A DNA stretch of 61,672 nucleotides from Seison nebaliae. Its lineage: Eukaryota. The notes beneath the pieces are model-generated. The model searched no databases. It was not told the DNA's origin and saw nothing but the letters and a program-made list of their open reading frames with translations. This document shows, one piece after another, positions 28,682 to 40,242 of the stretch. Numbering within the stretch: the first letter of the stretch is position 1; every line of letters starts with the position of its first letter. The translations under genes were made by a program, and so were the position numbers. The DNA lies in NCBI GenBank assembly GCA_023231475.1, contig JALJEE010000678.1, positions 1-61,672 on the forward strand, written 5' to 3'.

Positions 28682-29301
28682 TAAACTTAAAATTTGAATT
28701 ATCCTCCTTCCATTTTTTCTTCTTTTTCACTTCTCCTTCTCCTCCCTCCTAAGCCACAATATTCTCCAACTCCTTAAAAAATTATTAAAATATAATTTCT
28801 TGTCTCTTTCGACTAAAAATTTCCTGTAAATATTTCCGTTATCGGGAAACATGTTTGGAAAATTTAATTACTGTCATTGAAATTTGATGATTATTTAAGT
28901 TCAATTCGATTTTATTATATTGTTTGATGTTTTTTAAGACAAAAAAATACGATACGAATACCTAAAACGAAAAATTATATAGGAATCGGAAATTGGACAT
29001 TTCTTTAAATTAGACATTAGAAGTCTCGAAAAATTTAACCTTTCGATGACCGAAATTCGTGTTGTTTATTATTATTCGATGTAATTATAAATCGCCTACG
29101 ATTAATAATAAAGAATGATTTTAAGTTCATATCATCAAATTTTGACACTTATTAATTAGCTGGTGGAGACTGATTGGAAAGGTATGCATGCGTGTTTCCT
29201 TTTCATTTAATCTTTATTAAAATGACATGGTTCTATAAATATTGGGGGAGAATTTAAAACGGAATTTGGAGAATTTTCAAATAAGAATTATTGTCAATAA
29301 A

Positions 29302-30453
29302 ATGGTAGTGAACAAGACATTAGATGGAAATATTTTTTATAATGCATCTCAAATTGGAACATCATTGTCTTTTGTACGAGCGATCGCTGATTGGAAATTT
29401 GCTTTTGCCGTTTTCCATATAACGGTCGCTCTCACCACAAATATATTTGCGATTTTTGTTCTATTACAAATGATGAAAGGAAAGAAACGTTACCAAGCGA
29501 AAGATGATGAAGTATCTTTCGAATCACAAACACCATCAAATTCGCGAAAAGGACCATCAAAAATTGCAAGATATCAAATAAGAACTTACGCATTCTTCAT
29601 CGCTGATTGTATATTTGCCATATTTGTGATATTGGCATCGAATCTCGCTTATTTTATCAATTGGCCACTTGGCAATTACGCGTTGATGGACACTTTGTCA
29701 AATATAAAACTATGTAGATTTCGGGTTTTTTGCTTATACTCGTCAATGCAAGTATCTGCTTGGATTGGAGCATTTATCAATATCGATCGAATTTTAATTA
29801 TTCGAAGAAACACATCTGTCGAACCAATCGATCGAAGTAGTGGGATGTCATTTAGATATTATCTTTGTTTCCAAAAATTGTTGCGATTGGACAAAACTAG
29901 TGCACAAATTTTAACGAATTGCACATTAGTCATCTTTCTTTTCATGATTATGGGACTTCTCTTAAATGGTATTGTATTGATTTCTGGTACGCCTTTATGT
30001 ATCGAATTATTAAATGTGAATTATATGAAATTTTATTCGAAAATCTACACTTATTTCGATACATTGGGATTCACTTTAATTCCTTTCACTATCTCTCTTA
30101 TCACTAGTTGCGTCATCAGTTATCAATTGTGGATGGTGAATAAGAATAGAGAAAATATGTCGTCGAAAACAAGTGGGAAATCGTTGAAAGCAATATCTAT
30201 ATCAATACTTCTACAGAATGTCATTTCTTATGTAATGATAGCACCATTGAAAATATTCTTTCCATTCGTCTATGCTAAACCGTTGAAGTTCTCATTATTT
30301 ACGAGAGAGATTGGCTTCTTCGCTTTAAGTGAAGTTTATCTACTTTATTGGTCACTCAATTTCTTCTCCTTATTAACACTACGACCGTTCGCTGAATTCA
30401 CTCGATCGTTCTTGGTTTATTTAGTGAATAAGATTCGAAAAAGAAAGTTTTAA
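29302..30453 (+). CDS. Orphan rhodopsin-like (class A) GPCR, intronless
   Basis: Seven hydrophobic segments, LC at the start of TM3, SAW..NIDR (DRY-like), TM5 LIPF..I and TM7 SLNFF. Confidence 0.85.
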   Translation: MVVNKTLDGNIFYNASQIGTSLSFVRAIADWKFAFAVFHITVALTTNIFAIFVLLQMMKGKKRYQAKDDEVSFESQTPSNSRKGPSKIARYQIRTYAFFIADCIFAIFVILASNLAYFINWPLGNYALMDTLSNIKLCRFRVFCLYSSMQVSAWIGAFINIDRILIIRRNTSVEPIDRSSGMSFRYYLCFQKLLRLDKTSAQILTNCTLVIFLFMIMGLLLNGIVLISGTPLCIELLNVNYMKFYSKIYTYFDTLGFTLIPFTISLITSCVISYQLWMVNKNRENMSSKTSGKSLKAISISILLQNVISYVMIAPLKIFFPFVYAKPLKFSLFTREIGFFALSEVYLLYWSLNFFSLLTLRPFAEFTRSFLVYLVNKIRKRKF

Positions 30454-31289
30454 GCTGAATTGAAAATAATTTTTATTATTTTACAAATTTACTATTCTCT
30501 CAAATTCTTTAGTCAAACATATTTCAATTCTAACCATTTAACAATTATATTCAAACATTCTTTTACACAATATTTTCATATAAATTATCTCATCAGACTT
30601 GGTCTTAATTTGTTAGGCTAAGTCTCTCTAACAAACTTTATAATTAATTGTTTGTTTAATTGTAAGTGAGTTCATAATACTATTCATAATAAACTTTACT
30701 AAATTTACTTCCAAAGTTGTAGTGAAACATTATAATGCAAATCACAAACAATTATTTCTATTTAATTCTTGAGGTAATTGAAAAATCACCAGATTAATAT
30801 TGATCTTTTTAATCAGTAAGTAATAAGTTATTAAGCATAAGAAATTTTGATGTGAAAAGGAGTAATATTTATTACTAAAGGAGGTATAATTACTTTTTTT
30901 CTTCTTATTATTAGACAAAAGATATTACAATAAATATGACACATTACCGTTCAATTGAACACCAACTGTGTTTAATGATTGGAGCAAATATAATAATTTC
31001 AATAGAAATAAATGAAAGAACGATAAGTTATTAAGTTTTGTGAACTAAACTTTTGAATGAATAAGTTGAGTGAGAGATTTGTAGGAGATGGATTGATTCC
31101 AATGTATATTCCAGAGATCAGTCTCAATAATTATATCGTAACTTATGGTGAGCTACTGGAATATTTGGACGTAACATCAAACGTCCTTGTTAATTTATAT
31201 TCATAAGTATAACAAATCAAACGCAACAAAAAAACTCTCTAATAAAGGAAGAAAACATTTGAAATAAGTTGTATTCATCTATTTCGTCA

Positions 31290-34200
31290 ATGAACTCAAA
31301 TTTGGGAATCGATACGGATGTTGTGAATAATGCATTCGCTAAAGTACGTCAAGGAATTGAATTGGGAAAGATCAAGAATAAGGTATTTGAACGACTCTTC
31401 TACATACCGGAGCATGATAATTTTATCACTTACACATCTTCAGAAAAACCGTTCGGAAAACCAAAAACTTATTTTATCGTCGATATCGACGACATTCGAA
31501 TTGGAGTAGATACTGAAATTACACAGAAATATGAGAAGAATCTCACCGACTATCAAAAGAATAATTGTCTCTTCTCCATCGTTTATCATGACCATCGGAA
31601 GACTCTGGATTTGTTGGCGAGTTCAGAGAAAATCAGGAACAATTGGCTCATCGTCCTCACCGTTCTGACCAATGGCAAATGTCAGGGATTGAGTAATTGG
31701 TTAGAAGAACTTCGTCAATCATTTCCGTCCAAACCATCAACTGCATCATCTGGTGCTCATACGATGTTGAAGAAGAATTCTCACGAGAATTATCTTCGTA
31801 TGAAATATTATAAAATCAACAATTCATTAACAGCCTTATCAATTCATTCGTTTGATGAATTGTTGAAAAAATGTAATTTGAAAGTCAATACAATGCAACT
31901 ACAAACTTATTTCCGAGTTTATTTCATTTAGAATATTTTCAATAATCATCTTTATTTAATTTTATATTAATATTTAATCGAAATTAGATGGCAGATAGAA
32001 ATTTAGATAATAAAGTCGATTTCGATGAATTTACCAATTTCTTCGACGAATTGACCGCTCGTGATGATTTGAAGGAATTATTAAAGAAGTTTAATTTACT
32101 TTTCGAATAATTATATGTAATTTAATATGTAAATTATTCAATTGACAATTAGATATCAACCAGAAAATACGGAATATTGGGAACCGAAAAACCTCAAACG
32201 ATTCTTTCGAGAAGAGCAATTTGTTAGAAATTTAAAAATTTTCAAAAATTTCTCATATCAATTTTCAAATGTATTCAGGAAGATTTGACTAATGGGAAAT
32301 TGTATGAATATTTGGAGAAATATGAACCAGATGAAGATCTGAGAAAGAATCATTGTCTTTCCTACGACGCTTTTGTAGCATTGATGACATCGGAAGATGA
32401 ATCGATTTATGATAAAGACAAACGAGTATTATATCAATCGATGGATTATCCTCTCAATGATTACTATATTAATAGTTCACATAATACGTTCGATTTGAAT
32501 AATATTCAAAATTACAAAAAAACAATTTAAAATTTTCTATGAAATTTCTATGACAGATATTTGATGGGTGATCAATTACAAAGTGGAAGTAGTTTAGAAG
32601 CATATCGACGTACCTTGTTAGATGGATTCAGATGTGTCGAAAGTTTTTCTTTTTCATTTATTAAATTTTTTTTTAATTTTAAATTTTTTTAAATTAAATT
32701 CATCTTAATTGTTGATTAGTTGATTGTCATACGGGCGATGTGGAACCGATGGTTTATCATAAATATACGTTGACATCTAAAATTACTTTCGATTCCGTTA
32801 TTGAAATGATTGGACGATATGCTTTCACTCATACAAAGTTTGTTCATTTCATCGTTTTCATTTAATCGATTTTTTAACTAATTCGCCGATGACTATTTAA
32901 CTTATCAATCGATTCATATTAATCTTTCTCTTCTAGTGACAACAAGTAAGTTGTTCTCTAAGAAATTATTATTCACCTGATTGAACACTTTCTTCCATCT
33001 ACTAATCTCATCTATTATCTCATCTACCATCTATTATTATCGATTCTTTAGAGAAATTCATTTATGTTCACGGAATATTTTCACAAAAAATTTTTTTTTT
33101 CAAAATTATTTTTTTTATTTTTTCTTTAAGTTTTCCATTAATCATCTCAATTGAGAATCATTGTTCGTTGTCACAACAAGAAATGATGGCAAATATCTTG
33201 AAGGAACATTTATCAGGTTTTTTTCCATTTCCATATTCTCTCAATTTTTATGGTTTGTATAAAGAATATTTATTAACTTATGACGATATCGGTCGTATGG
33301 TGAAGGATAATCATTTGCCTTCTCCCAATAATTTGAGGAATAAGATTCTATTGAAAGCGAAAAGATTACCGTTAAATTCAGGCGAGTCGTCCGACATCTC
33401 CGAAGAAGAAGATGATGATTCGATAATGAACGATCAAAATAGTGAATCAAGTGATGATGAGAAGACGAAAAAGAAAGTTTCTAATTTCAAATATTCAATA
33501 TATTCAATTTGTGTTAAAAGATAAAATTAACAAAATCATTATCTGATCTCATTTATCCGATCAGTGTCCATTTCCATTCCTTCGACGATTCGTTAACATC
33601 AACAAAAGCATTTAACATGTCATCGATATCTGAGAAGAAAGCATTTAAAATGGCAGGTGATCAAAAAGCATTCGTTAAACATAATCAATATCAAATGACT
33701 CGAATTTATCCTGGAGCTCATCGACAAACATCATCAAATTTGAATCCTGTTGATTTTTGGAATGTGGGATGTCAAATCGGTTAATTTGAATTATTTCCCT
33801 TTTTTCTCCAAATCCTTCTTCAGTCGCCGTAAATCATCAGACACATGACGTGCAGACTGATATCAATATCGCCTTATTCACCCAAAATGGAAATTGTGGT
33901 TATGTATTGAAACCGGAAATATTAAGAACAAAAAGTTGAAAATTTTTAAATTTTCCAATATTTTTTATTTTGTAGATTTGAATTTTAATTCGAATGTATG
34001 TCGACCTAATGGAACGACAAATTTATTTGTAAAAGTTTCACAAAAATTTTATTTATAATTCCTCACTTTTTTCCAGATTATCAGTGCAAATCATTTACCT
34101 ATGGACGATAGCGATGTACTTGATGCCTATGTGAAAATTGAAATTTATGGAGCTACTGTTGATCAAATGGAAAGTAAAACATCTTGCGTGAAGAATAACG

Positions 34201-34482
34201 GTTAACAAAATAATAATTGTGCAATTAATTGATGATAAATTTGTAATAGGATTAAATCCGATTTGGGATGAAAAATTCAATTTCTCTATCAATTATCCTG
34301 AATTGGCATTCATTCGTTTCGAAGTAAAAGATCATGATCGAATGGGAAGAAATGATCTGATTGCACAACGAACAATACCTTTAACATGTATTCAGAATGG
34401 TTATCGAAGTATATTGTTGTATGAGAAGGATCGTGATAAAGTGGAACATGGAACATTATTCGTGCAAGTCATCATGAAATAA
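31290..34482 (+). CDS. Phosphoinositide phospholipase C, delta-like (PH-EF-X-Y-C2); 12 introns plus a putative micro-exon
   Basis: Spliced motifs YYINSSHNT-YLMGDQL, RCVE-IDC, MVYHKYTLTSKI, SIENHCS, LPSPNNLRNKILLK, TRIYPG..SSNLNP..WNVGCQI-VAVN, NGNCGYVLKP, and C2 IISANHLP..NNG-LNPIW. Both catalytic His residues are present. Donors at 31917, 32089, 32223, 32488, 32643, 32838, 33217, 33477, 33780, 33935, 34035, 34201. Confidence 0.93.
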
Positions 34483-36114
34483 ATTTCTAATTATTTAATT
34501 TTCTGCTTCTTTTGCATTTAATCATCATTTCTAATATTAGAATTGTTTCTCTTTATTTTATGCGGCTTTTTTATAAATGAAAATCTTCTCAAATCAATCC
34601 AATTAACAAATCTAATTTTTTCCATTAATTTCACACTTTATCAATATGATATTCAATTGTCGTCCCATGATGTTCTTTTTCATCTTATTATCAATTGTTT
34701 ATTAATCACACATTGCCTTAATTTCACGTTCAAATTATTTGCCATCCGAATGGAATAAATGTGTTAGTCAATTCAATTCTATTATAATTGAATTTTATAT
34801 TTGATTTATAATTTTATACCAAAATTTTTCTTTAATTCTTTTAAATTAACTTCTATAAATCGAATTACATTCAAATGAAATTTCTTATTCAATTTTTTAT
34901 TGAAAAAGTGAACATGAAATTTCCTTCATAATTCTCCCATTAATCAATAATTATAAAATAATTATTTATTGGTAGTTTTCTTCTAATTCCAAATTAAAAA
35001 CTGTTTAACATAATCTTGTTTAGTATTCATTATATTTTTAAAATTTTTCAATTAATTCTCAAAGTTCTTATATTGTCTTTGGTATATAATATTAGTCAAT
35101 TGTCTACATTGTTCGAACCGGTTATAATGAGCAAATAAAAAAATTTTATATTTGTTATTTTTTATTTGTCTAACATGCATAGCTCATGAATTGCAATATT
35201 TCTTTTCACATTGAGCATAGAAAAGTTCGTTGTCAACGACATAAACAGCTTACGAATATCATCCGGATCTTCGAACGAGCATATTATTGTGAATAGAATA
35301 GAGGCGAATAGTGGTCCTAATAGCGAATATAGTTATAAGACAAACAACAATTAACGCGACTTTTTTATTTCGCAATTTTCTATATATAGTATCTTCTCTG
35401 AAGTCCACGAGAAAATTATTTTAACAAAAAGTTCTCTCGTTACTATTTGACTTTATCAGACAAAGAATGTAAACTGAATTTTTTGACGTTTCAGTTTTTA
35501 CAAGTATGGTAGAGGCAATATGTCAGTTATTTCAATGAAACTAATGAGAATTTTAAATCATTTCTAACACTTTGTAGTGATGGACAAATCTGACGGATGT
35601 TAAGAAAGATTATTTAACACTTTCTCCATAGTTCTTTTTAAAGCGGCCTGAAAACATCTTTAGACTTCGGTCTTATACGAACAATTATAAAATGCCATTA
35701 AAAATATGAAAGAAATTCTGACATGTAATTTTCTCGCTGTCTATCTCCTTACTGAAAATGTTACTGTGATTACTGTTTTTTTCCGTTATTTTTTATGGAA
35801 AACATTTTCAATCTATTCTAAAGACTTCGAAATTAGAATCTTGTTATAATCTTATAATTAAAATTAATAATCTATGTTTTTATGTATTTCGTGCAAAAAT
35901 TGAATAATAACTAACGTTATTCTATCTTTTTCTAACAATATGTTACATTTAGAAATGCATAAAAGTAACCATTTCGTTTAATGGAATTTATATAACTGAC
36001 GTAACGGAAAACGAAAAAGAAACGAAACTTGACGGACATTCATCACAACTCCTTAATTTTATTATTCTTTTTGTATTCTACACGAGAACTTGTTTTCGTA
36101 TATAAGAAATTTAA

Positions 36115-36571
36115 GATTGTAGGAAAATATCCCCGAGCGGAAAATATCCCCTAAAAATTTAGATAATGTTTTTTTTGAAAATTATAGCAAAAACCATGGG
36201 AAACCCCATATTTCAAATGCTAGTTTTTCGGGTACATATTGATGAATTTTGTTCGTTTTTTTTTTAAATATGTCTTTTCATCAATCTGAATCCAATAGTG
36301 TTAAAAAATATATGATTTTTGATGTATTATTGGAGCAAGAGCTGTGATTAAATTGAAAATAGAGAGAAAAAAAATTAATATTTTTAAGCCATATTTCCAT
36401 CAATTATTAACACTAATCTATATCTAATTTTATATGTTAACATATTTTCTGAAAGTTCAGAAAAAATGCTATCTAACTTTGTAAAAATTATCTTCCTACG
36501 TACTATATATCCATCTAATGAACGCAATTAAAAAATATTTCTAAATTTTTCGGAGATATTTTCCTACAATC
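36115..36571. mobile_element. Non-autonomous DNA transposon (MITE), 457 bp, 21-bp TIRs, 7-bp target-site duplication AATTTAA
   Basis: Left end gattgtaggaaaatatccccg; reverse complement of right end gattgtaggaaaatatctccg (1 mismatch). aatttaa flanks both ends (36108-36114 and 36572-36578). No internal ORF. Confidence 0.85.
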
Positions 36572-37230
36572 AATTTAATACTTCATTTTATCAACAAATT
36601 CAACGTTTTGTTAAACAAATCTTTATTTAAAAGAATCGACATTAAAAACAAACTTGTCACGTGTTTTAATTTTTTTTTTAATAAAACGCGATGGAATTTG
36701 ATTTTATAACTAAAAGAAGAATAATTTTATCTCTTTCCATGTGAATTTTATCTATGAACAGACGACTTCTTTCGTACGTAAGATGAGATAATATTATTAA
36801 TTTAACATTATTATATGTATGTAGAAGAAATATGGAATAAATTATGACTTGGAAGAATATTGGAAGACAATTTGTATAACAGCTGCAGCCATGTTCGATG
36901 GAAGAGTTTTTGTTCTACTAAATTTTATTCTGCATGAACAACTAAACAAATGTAATTAGAGAAATGATGGAAGAAATGAAGTATGATAAATTCACATGAT
37001 AAAACGGAAGTGCATGTTGAATTAGTTTATGACATGGTCCAGATAATATTATCGGGTCTTATAAAAGTTAATCATATTAGGCTTACCTGAATATTCGATG
37101 TAATGTCACGTCATGACGGATAGAAAAATAGAGGAATTTGATTGAGAAGTGAGGCTTTATATGAATTATTTCCATTTGTCTTGAAAAAAAAAGAAGATCG
37201 GAAGATAATTGTAAAGATAAATAATTTCCC

Positions 37231-38493
37231 ATGTCCTCCAACGAATTCAAATGTGTCAATTGTCAATTGATATTGGCTGGAGAAAATAAGAATAAACAGA
37301 AAGAAAATTCTCATGAAGAGGATGAAGAAATGAAAGATGAGATTTTAGAGAAGCAGAAAAAAATGGAAGAACAACTCCACAACAAGACATTAGTCGACAA
37401 AATCGAGTGTATAGCCAACGAGATATTTTTCAATAAATTGTGTCTATCGGGCACAATGTGTCAATCGTGTGTAGATTGTGTAATTAAGCTATTGGGAGTG
37501 GAAATAATGAAGAATGAGAGGAATTTGTCAGAAAACGAAAAATTGTTGAATCAGCTCTCACTCACAAACCACGAACATAATCAAGAAGAAGAATTATCGA
37601 AATTATTATCGGAAGAGATCGATGATTATCAATATCAGATTCAAAATTTAGAGAATGATATTGATGACGCAACAGAGAAATTGAATCGATTAATTGAAGA
37701 GGAGAAATCATTAAAAGATGGAATCGAACAAGTACGTAAAGAGAATATGGAACGACGTCGGGAGATCATGGAAGGAAAATATGAATTGCAGAAAAATGAA
37801 GAGGAGAAATTGGTGTTGAGTAAACGAGAGAAATTATTAGAGAATGAATTGAGATTATTACAAAAGATGAATATGTTCAATTCTGTTTTTAATATCTGGT
37901 TCCATGGGGAGTTCGGTACAATCAATAATTATCGATTAGGTCGTTTACCGAACGAGAAAGTGGAATGGTCAGAAATTAGTGCAGCAATGGGAGAATGTGC
38001 ACTTCTCCTCCAATCATTAGCCAATCGACAAGAATTAGTTTTTGAAAGATATCAATTAATTCCGTTTGGTAATCGATCATATCTCATCAAATCAGATAAT
38101 GGAGAACAACTTCCTTTATATGTGTTTGGTGGTAGTCTCTATGTTTGGGATACGAAACTCTTCAATCAAGCCATGTGTGCTTTCCTGGATTGTTTGAAGC
38201 AATTGGAAGATAGTCTTCATTCCGAACGATATCATCACAATTATCGAATTAATGTTCAACAAGGTCAAATTGAAGAAACGTTTTCATTAAAATCATTCTC
38301 GGTGAAAATGTTAGTAAGTGAAGAGAAGTGGACGAAAGCGATGAAAATGCTTTTGACTAAATTGAAGTGGTGTATCTGTCTCATCGGTTCGGATGATACG
38401 TCGAAAGTTTTGATAAATCATATTTCTTCTAATGATAATTTATTAGGCAATCCTCATCAGTTGCATCTTACGAATCAATTGAATAAAAAATAA
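37231..38493 (+). CDS. BECN1: Beclin-1/ATG6, intronless
   Basis: CxxC, coiled coil, NMFNSVFNIWFHGEFGTINNYRLGRLP..VEWSEISAAMG, FNQAMCAFLDCL and EEKWTKAMKMLLTKLKW. Confidence 0.96.
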   Translation: MSSNEFKCVNCQLILAGENKNKQKENSHEEDEEMKDEILEKQKKMEEQLHNKTLVDKIECIANEIFFNKLCLSGTMCQSCVDCVIKLLGVEIMKNERNLSENEKLLNQLSLTNHEHNQEEELSKLLSEEIDDYQYQIQNLENDIDDATEKLNRLIEEEKSLKDGIEQVRKENMERRREIMEGKYELQKNEEEKLVLSKREKLLENELRLLQKMNMFNSVFNIWFHGEFGTINNYRLGRLPNEKVEWSEISAAMGECALLLQSLANRQELVFERYQLIPFGNRSYLIKSDNGEQLPLYVFGGSLYVWDTKLFNQAMCAFLDCLKQLEDSLHSERYHHNYRINVQQGQIEETFSLKSFSVKMLVSEEKWTKAMKMLLTKLKWCICLIGSDDTSKVLINHISSNDNLLGNPHQLHLTNQLNKK

Positions 38494-38709
38494 AATTTAT
38501 CTTTTATCATTCCTCTTATGAGTTAGACAGTCATAAATATCTCCCTTCAATTATCATATGTTGTTTAAGAAAAAAGAAAACTTTATTTTTTCTTCTTTCT
38601 CATTCTCCAGATGTTATAGTGAAAAGTCAAATTTTTCCTTCTTATTCTCATTTAGGGAAATAATATCTTCCAAATAAAAGTTCGAAGTAGAAGAAGAAAA
38701 ATTGTAAAA

Positions 38710-39910
38710 ATGCATCAACATTTAAAAATGATCGAGAAGAATTTGACGATAGTGTTCGTCATATATTCGCTCTTCTCCTTCCTATTCTATGAGTTTCAAT
38801 TGAATAGTGTACCAATGGAATCATTAAAATTAATTCTTTCTCACAATCCACCGATAGGAAATAACACTAAATGGTGTAATCATTTTCCGTCAGGTTTCCT
38901 TTTCTTTCAATTTCCGTTTTTATCAGTTCTCCTTATCAGAGAAAATTATAGATGTTAATAATCAACAGAAAACTATCAAGAAACAGTTGATGGTTAATTG
39001 TGAACCGAAACAAAGAACCATCGTCGTAATTCCATATCGAGATCGAAAAGATCAACTTGATAGACTTGTGCCACATTTAATTAATTTGTTCGATCGACAA
39101 AAATTGTCTGATTTTCGATTTATCATCAGCGAACAAATCGATAGGAATCCGTTCAATAAAGGTGTTGTGATGAATGTGGGAGGAATTGAAGGACTAAAAT
39201 TCTGTTTGAATATTTCTCAAATAAATTTCGAAAATATTCCATCGTTCTTAGCGAAATATCATGAACAACTAACCAAATGTTGTTTCATTTTTCATGATGT
39301 CGATATGTTAGCTGAGAATGAAGCTAACTCTTATGTCTGCGATTATTATCATCCTCGTCATCTATCTCCGAGTGTGAATGAATTGCGATATCATTTAATG
39401 TATCCAGATTTGGTGGGAGGAGTTCTCGCATTGAATGGTCTTCAACTCTTCTTCACCAACGGTTATTCCAACTATTATTGGGGTTGGGGAGCGGAAGATG
39501 ATGATATGGCTCATCGAATTCATGCATTTAATGCCGTTCCTCAACTAAATGAAACTCATCCATTATATATATATCAGGAAATACTTTCAAATGCCAATTA
39601 TCCAATTCGACCACGAAATTACATAGGAAGATATTTCATGATGAAACATAAACGACGTGAACATTCTGATGTGCGGTTAGTACTTTAATAAAACTGAAAA
39701 AAAGAAAGTGGAAATAATTCTCCTTTCAGTTATCGACTAGTCAACAATTGGAGAAGATACAAGAATGATGGAATAAGTTCTATACAAAAATTATTTTTGC
39801 AATCCAAATTTTTTACAAAAAAAAATAGAGAATTTATTTATGTTCAATCGGTGAGACATGAGTCTATTTATACCAACATCTCCCTCAACATCTTCTGTCC
39901 TTACTACTGA
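38710..39910 (+). CDS. GT7 beta-1,4-galactosyl/GalNAc-transferase (B4GALT/bre-4 family); introns 38894-38951 and 39676-39729
   Basis: Type II TM N-terminus, VIPYRDR, PFNKG..NVG, FIFHDVD, PRHLS, NGYSNYYWGWGAEDDD and NDGISS. Confidence 0.92.
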
Positions 39911-40162
39911 TTGACTTTTTAAATGACAATGAACTTCTTGTAAATACTTCTTTTATTTATTCTTTGTTTTATTTTTGATAAATAAATCCATTTACTCTAC
40001 TTTATATCATATTACATTATCTGTATATCATCGAAATTATCTCATATAATAAAATGAAATATCATTCGAAATGGTCGGCCATGATAAATGCAATAAAAAA
40101 TGAATTACAGTTTTTAAAAGATAAAAAAGGAAAATTCAAAATATGAAGCTTCTCAACTCGTC

Positions 40163-40176
40163 GTTGTCATAGTAAC
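40163..40176. promoter_or_regulatory. RFX X-box upstream of the ciliary gene IFT54
   Basis: GTTGTC AT AGTAAC fits the X-box consensus GTHNYY-AT-RRNAAC and lies ~70 nt before the ATG at 40243. Confidence 0.8.
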
Positions 40177-40242
40177 CAAATATTTTAAATAATTTTACTA
40201 ATCACCTATTTGTAGCAGTCAATAAAATAGGTTTTCAATAAA

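Noticed and set aside
35100..37050. Coding-like scraps around the MITE (e.g. 35170-35290 minus; 36840-37000 plus)
   Set aside because: Short and stop-ridden with no identifiable motif; may be old TE debris but cannot be supported.
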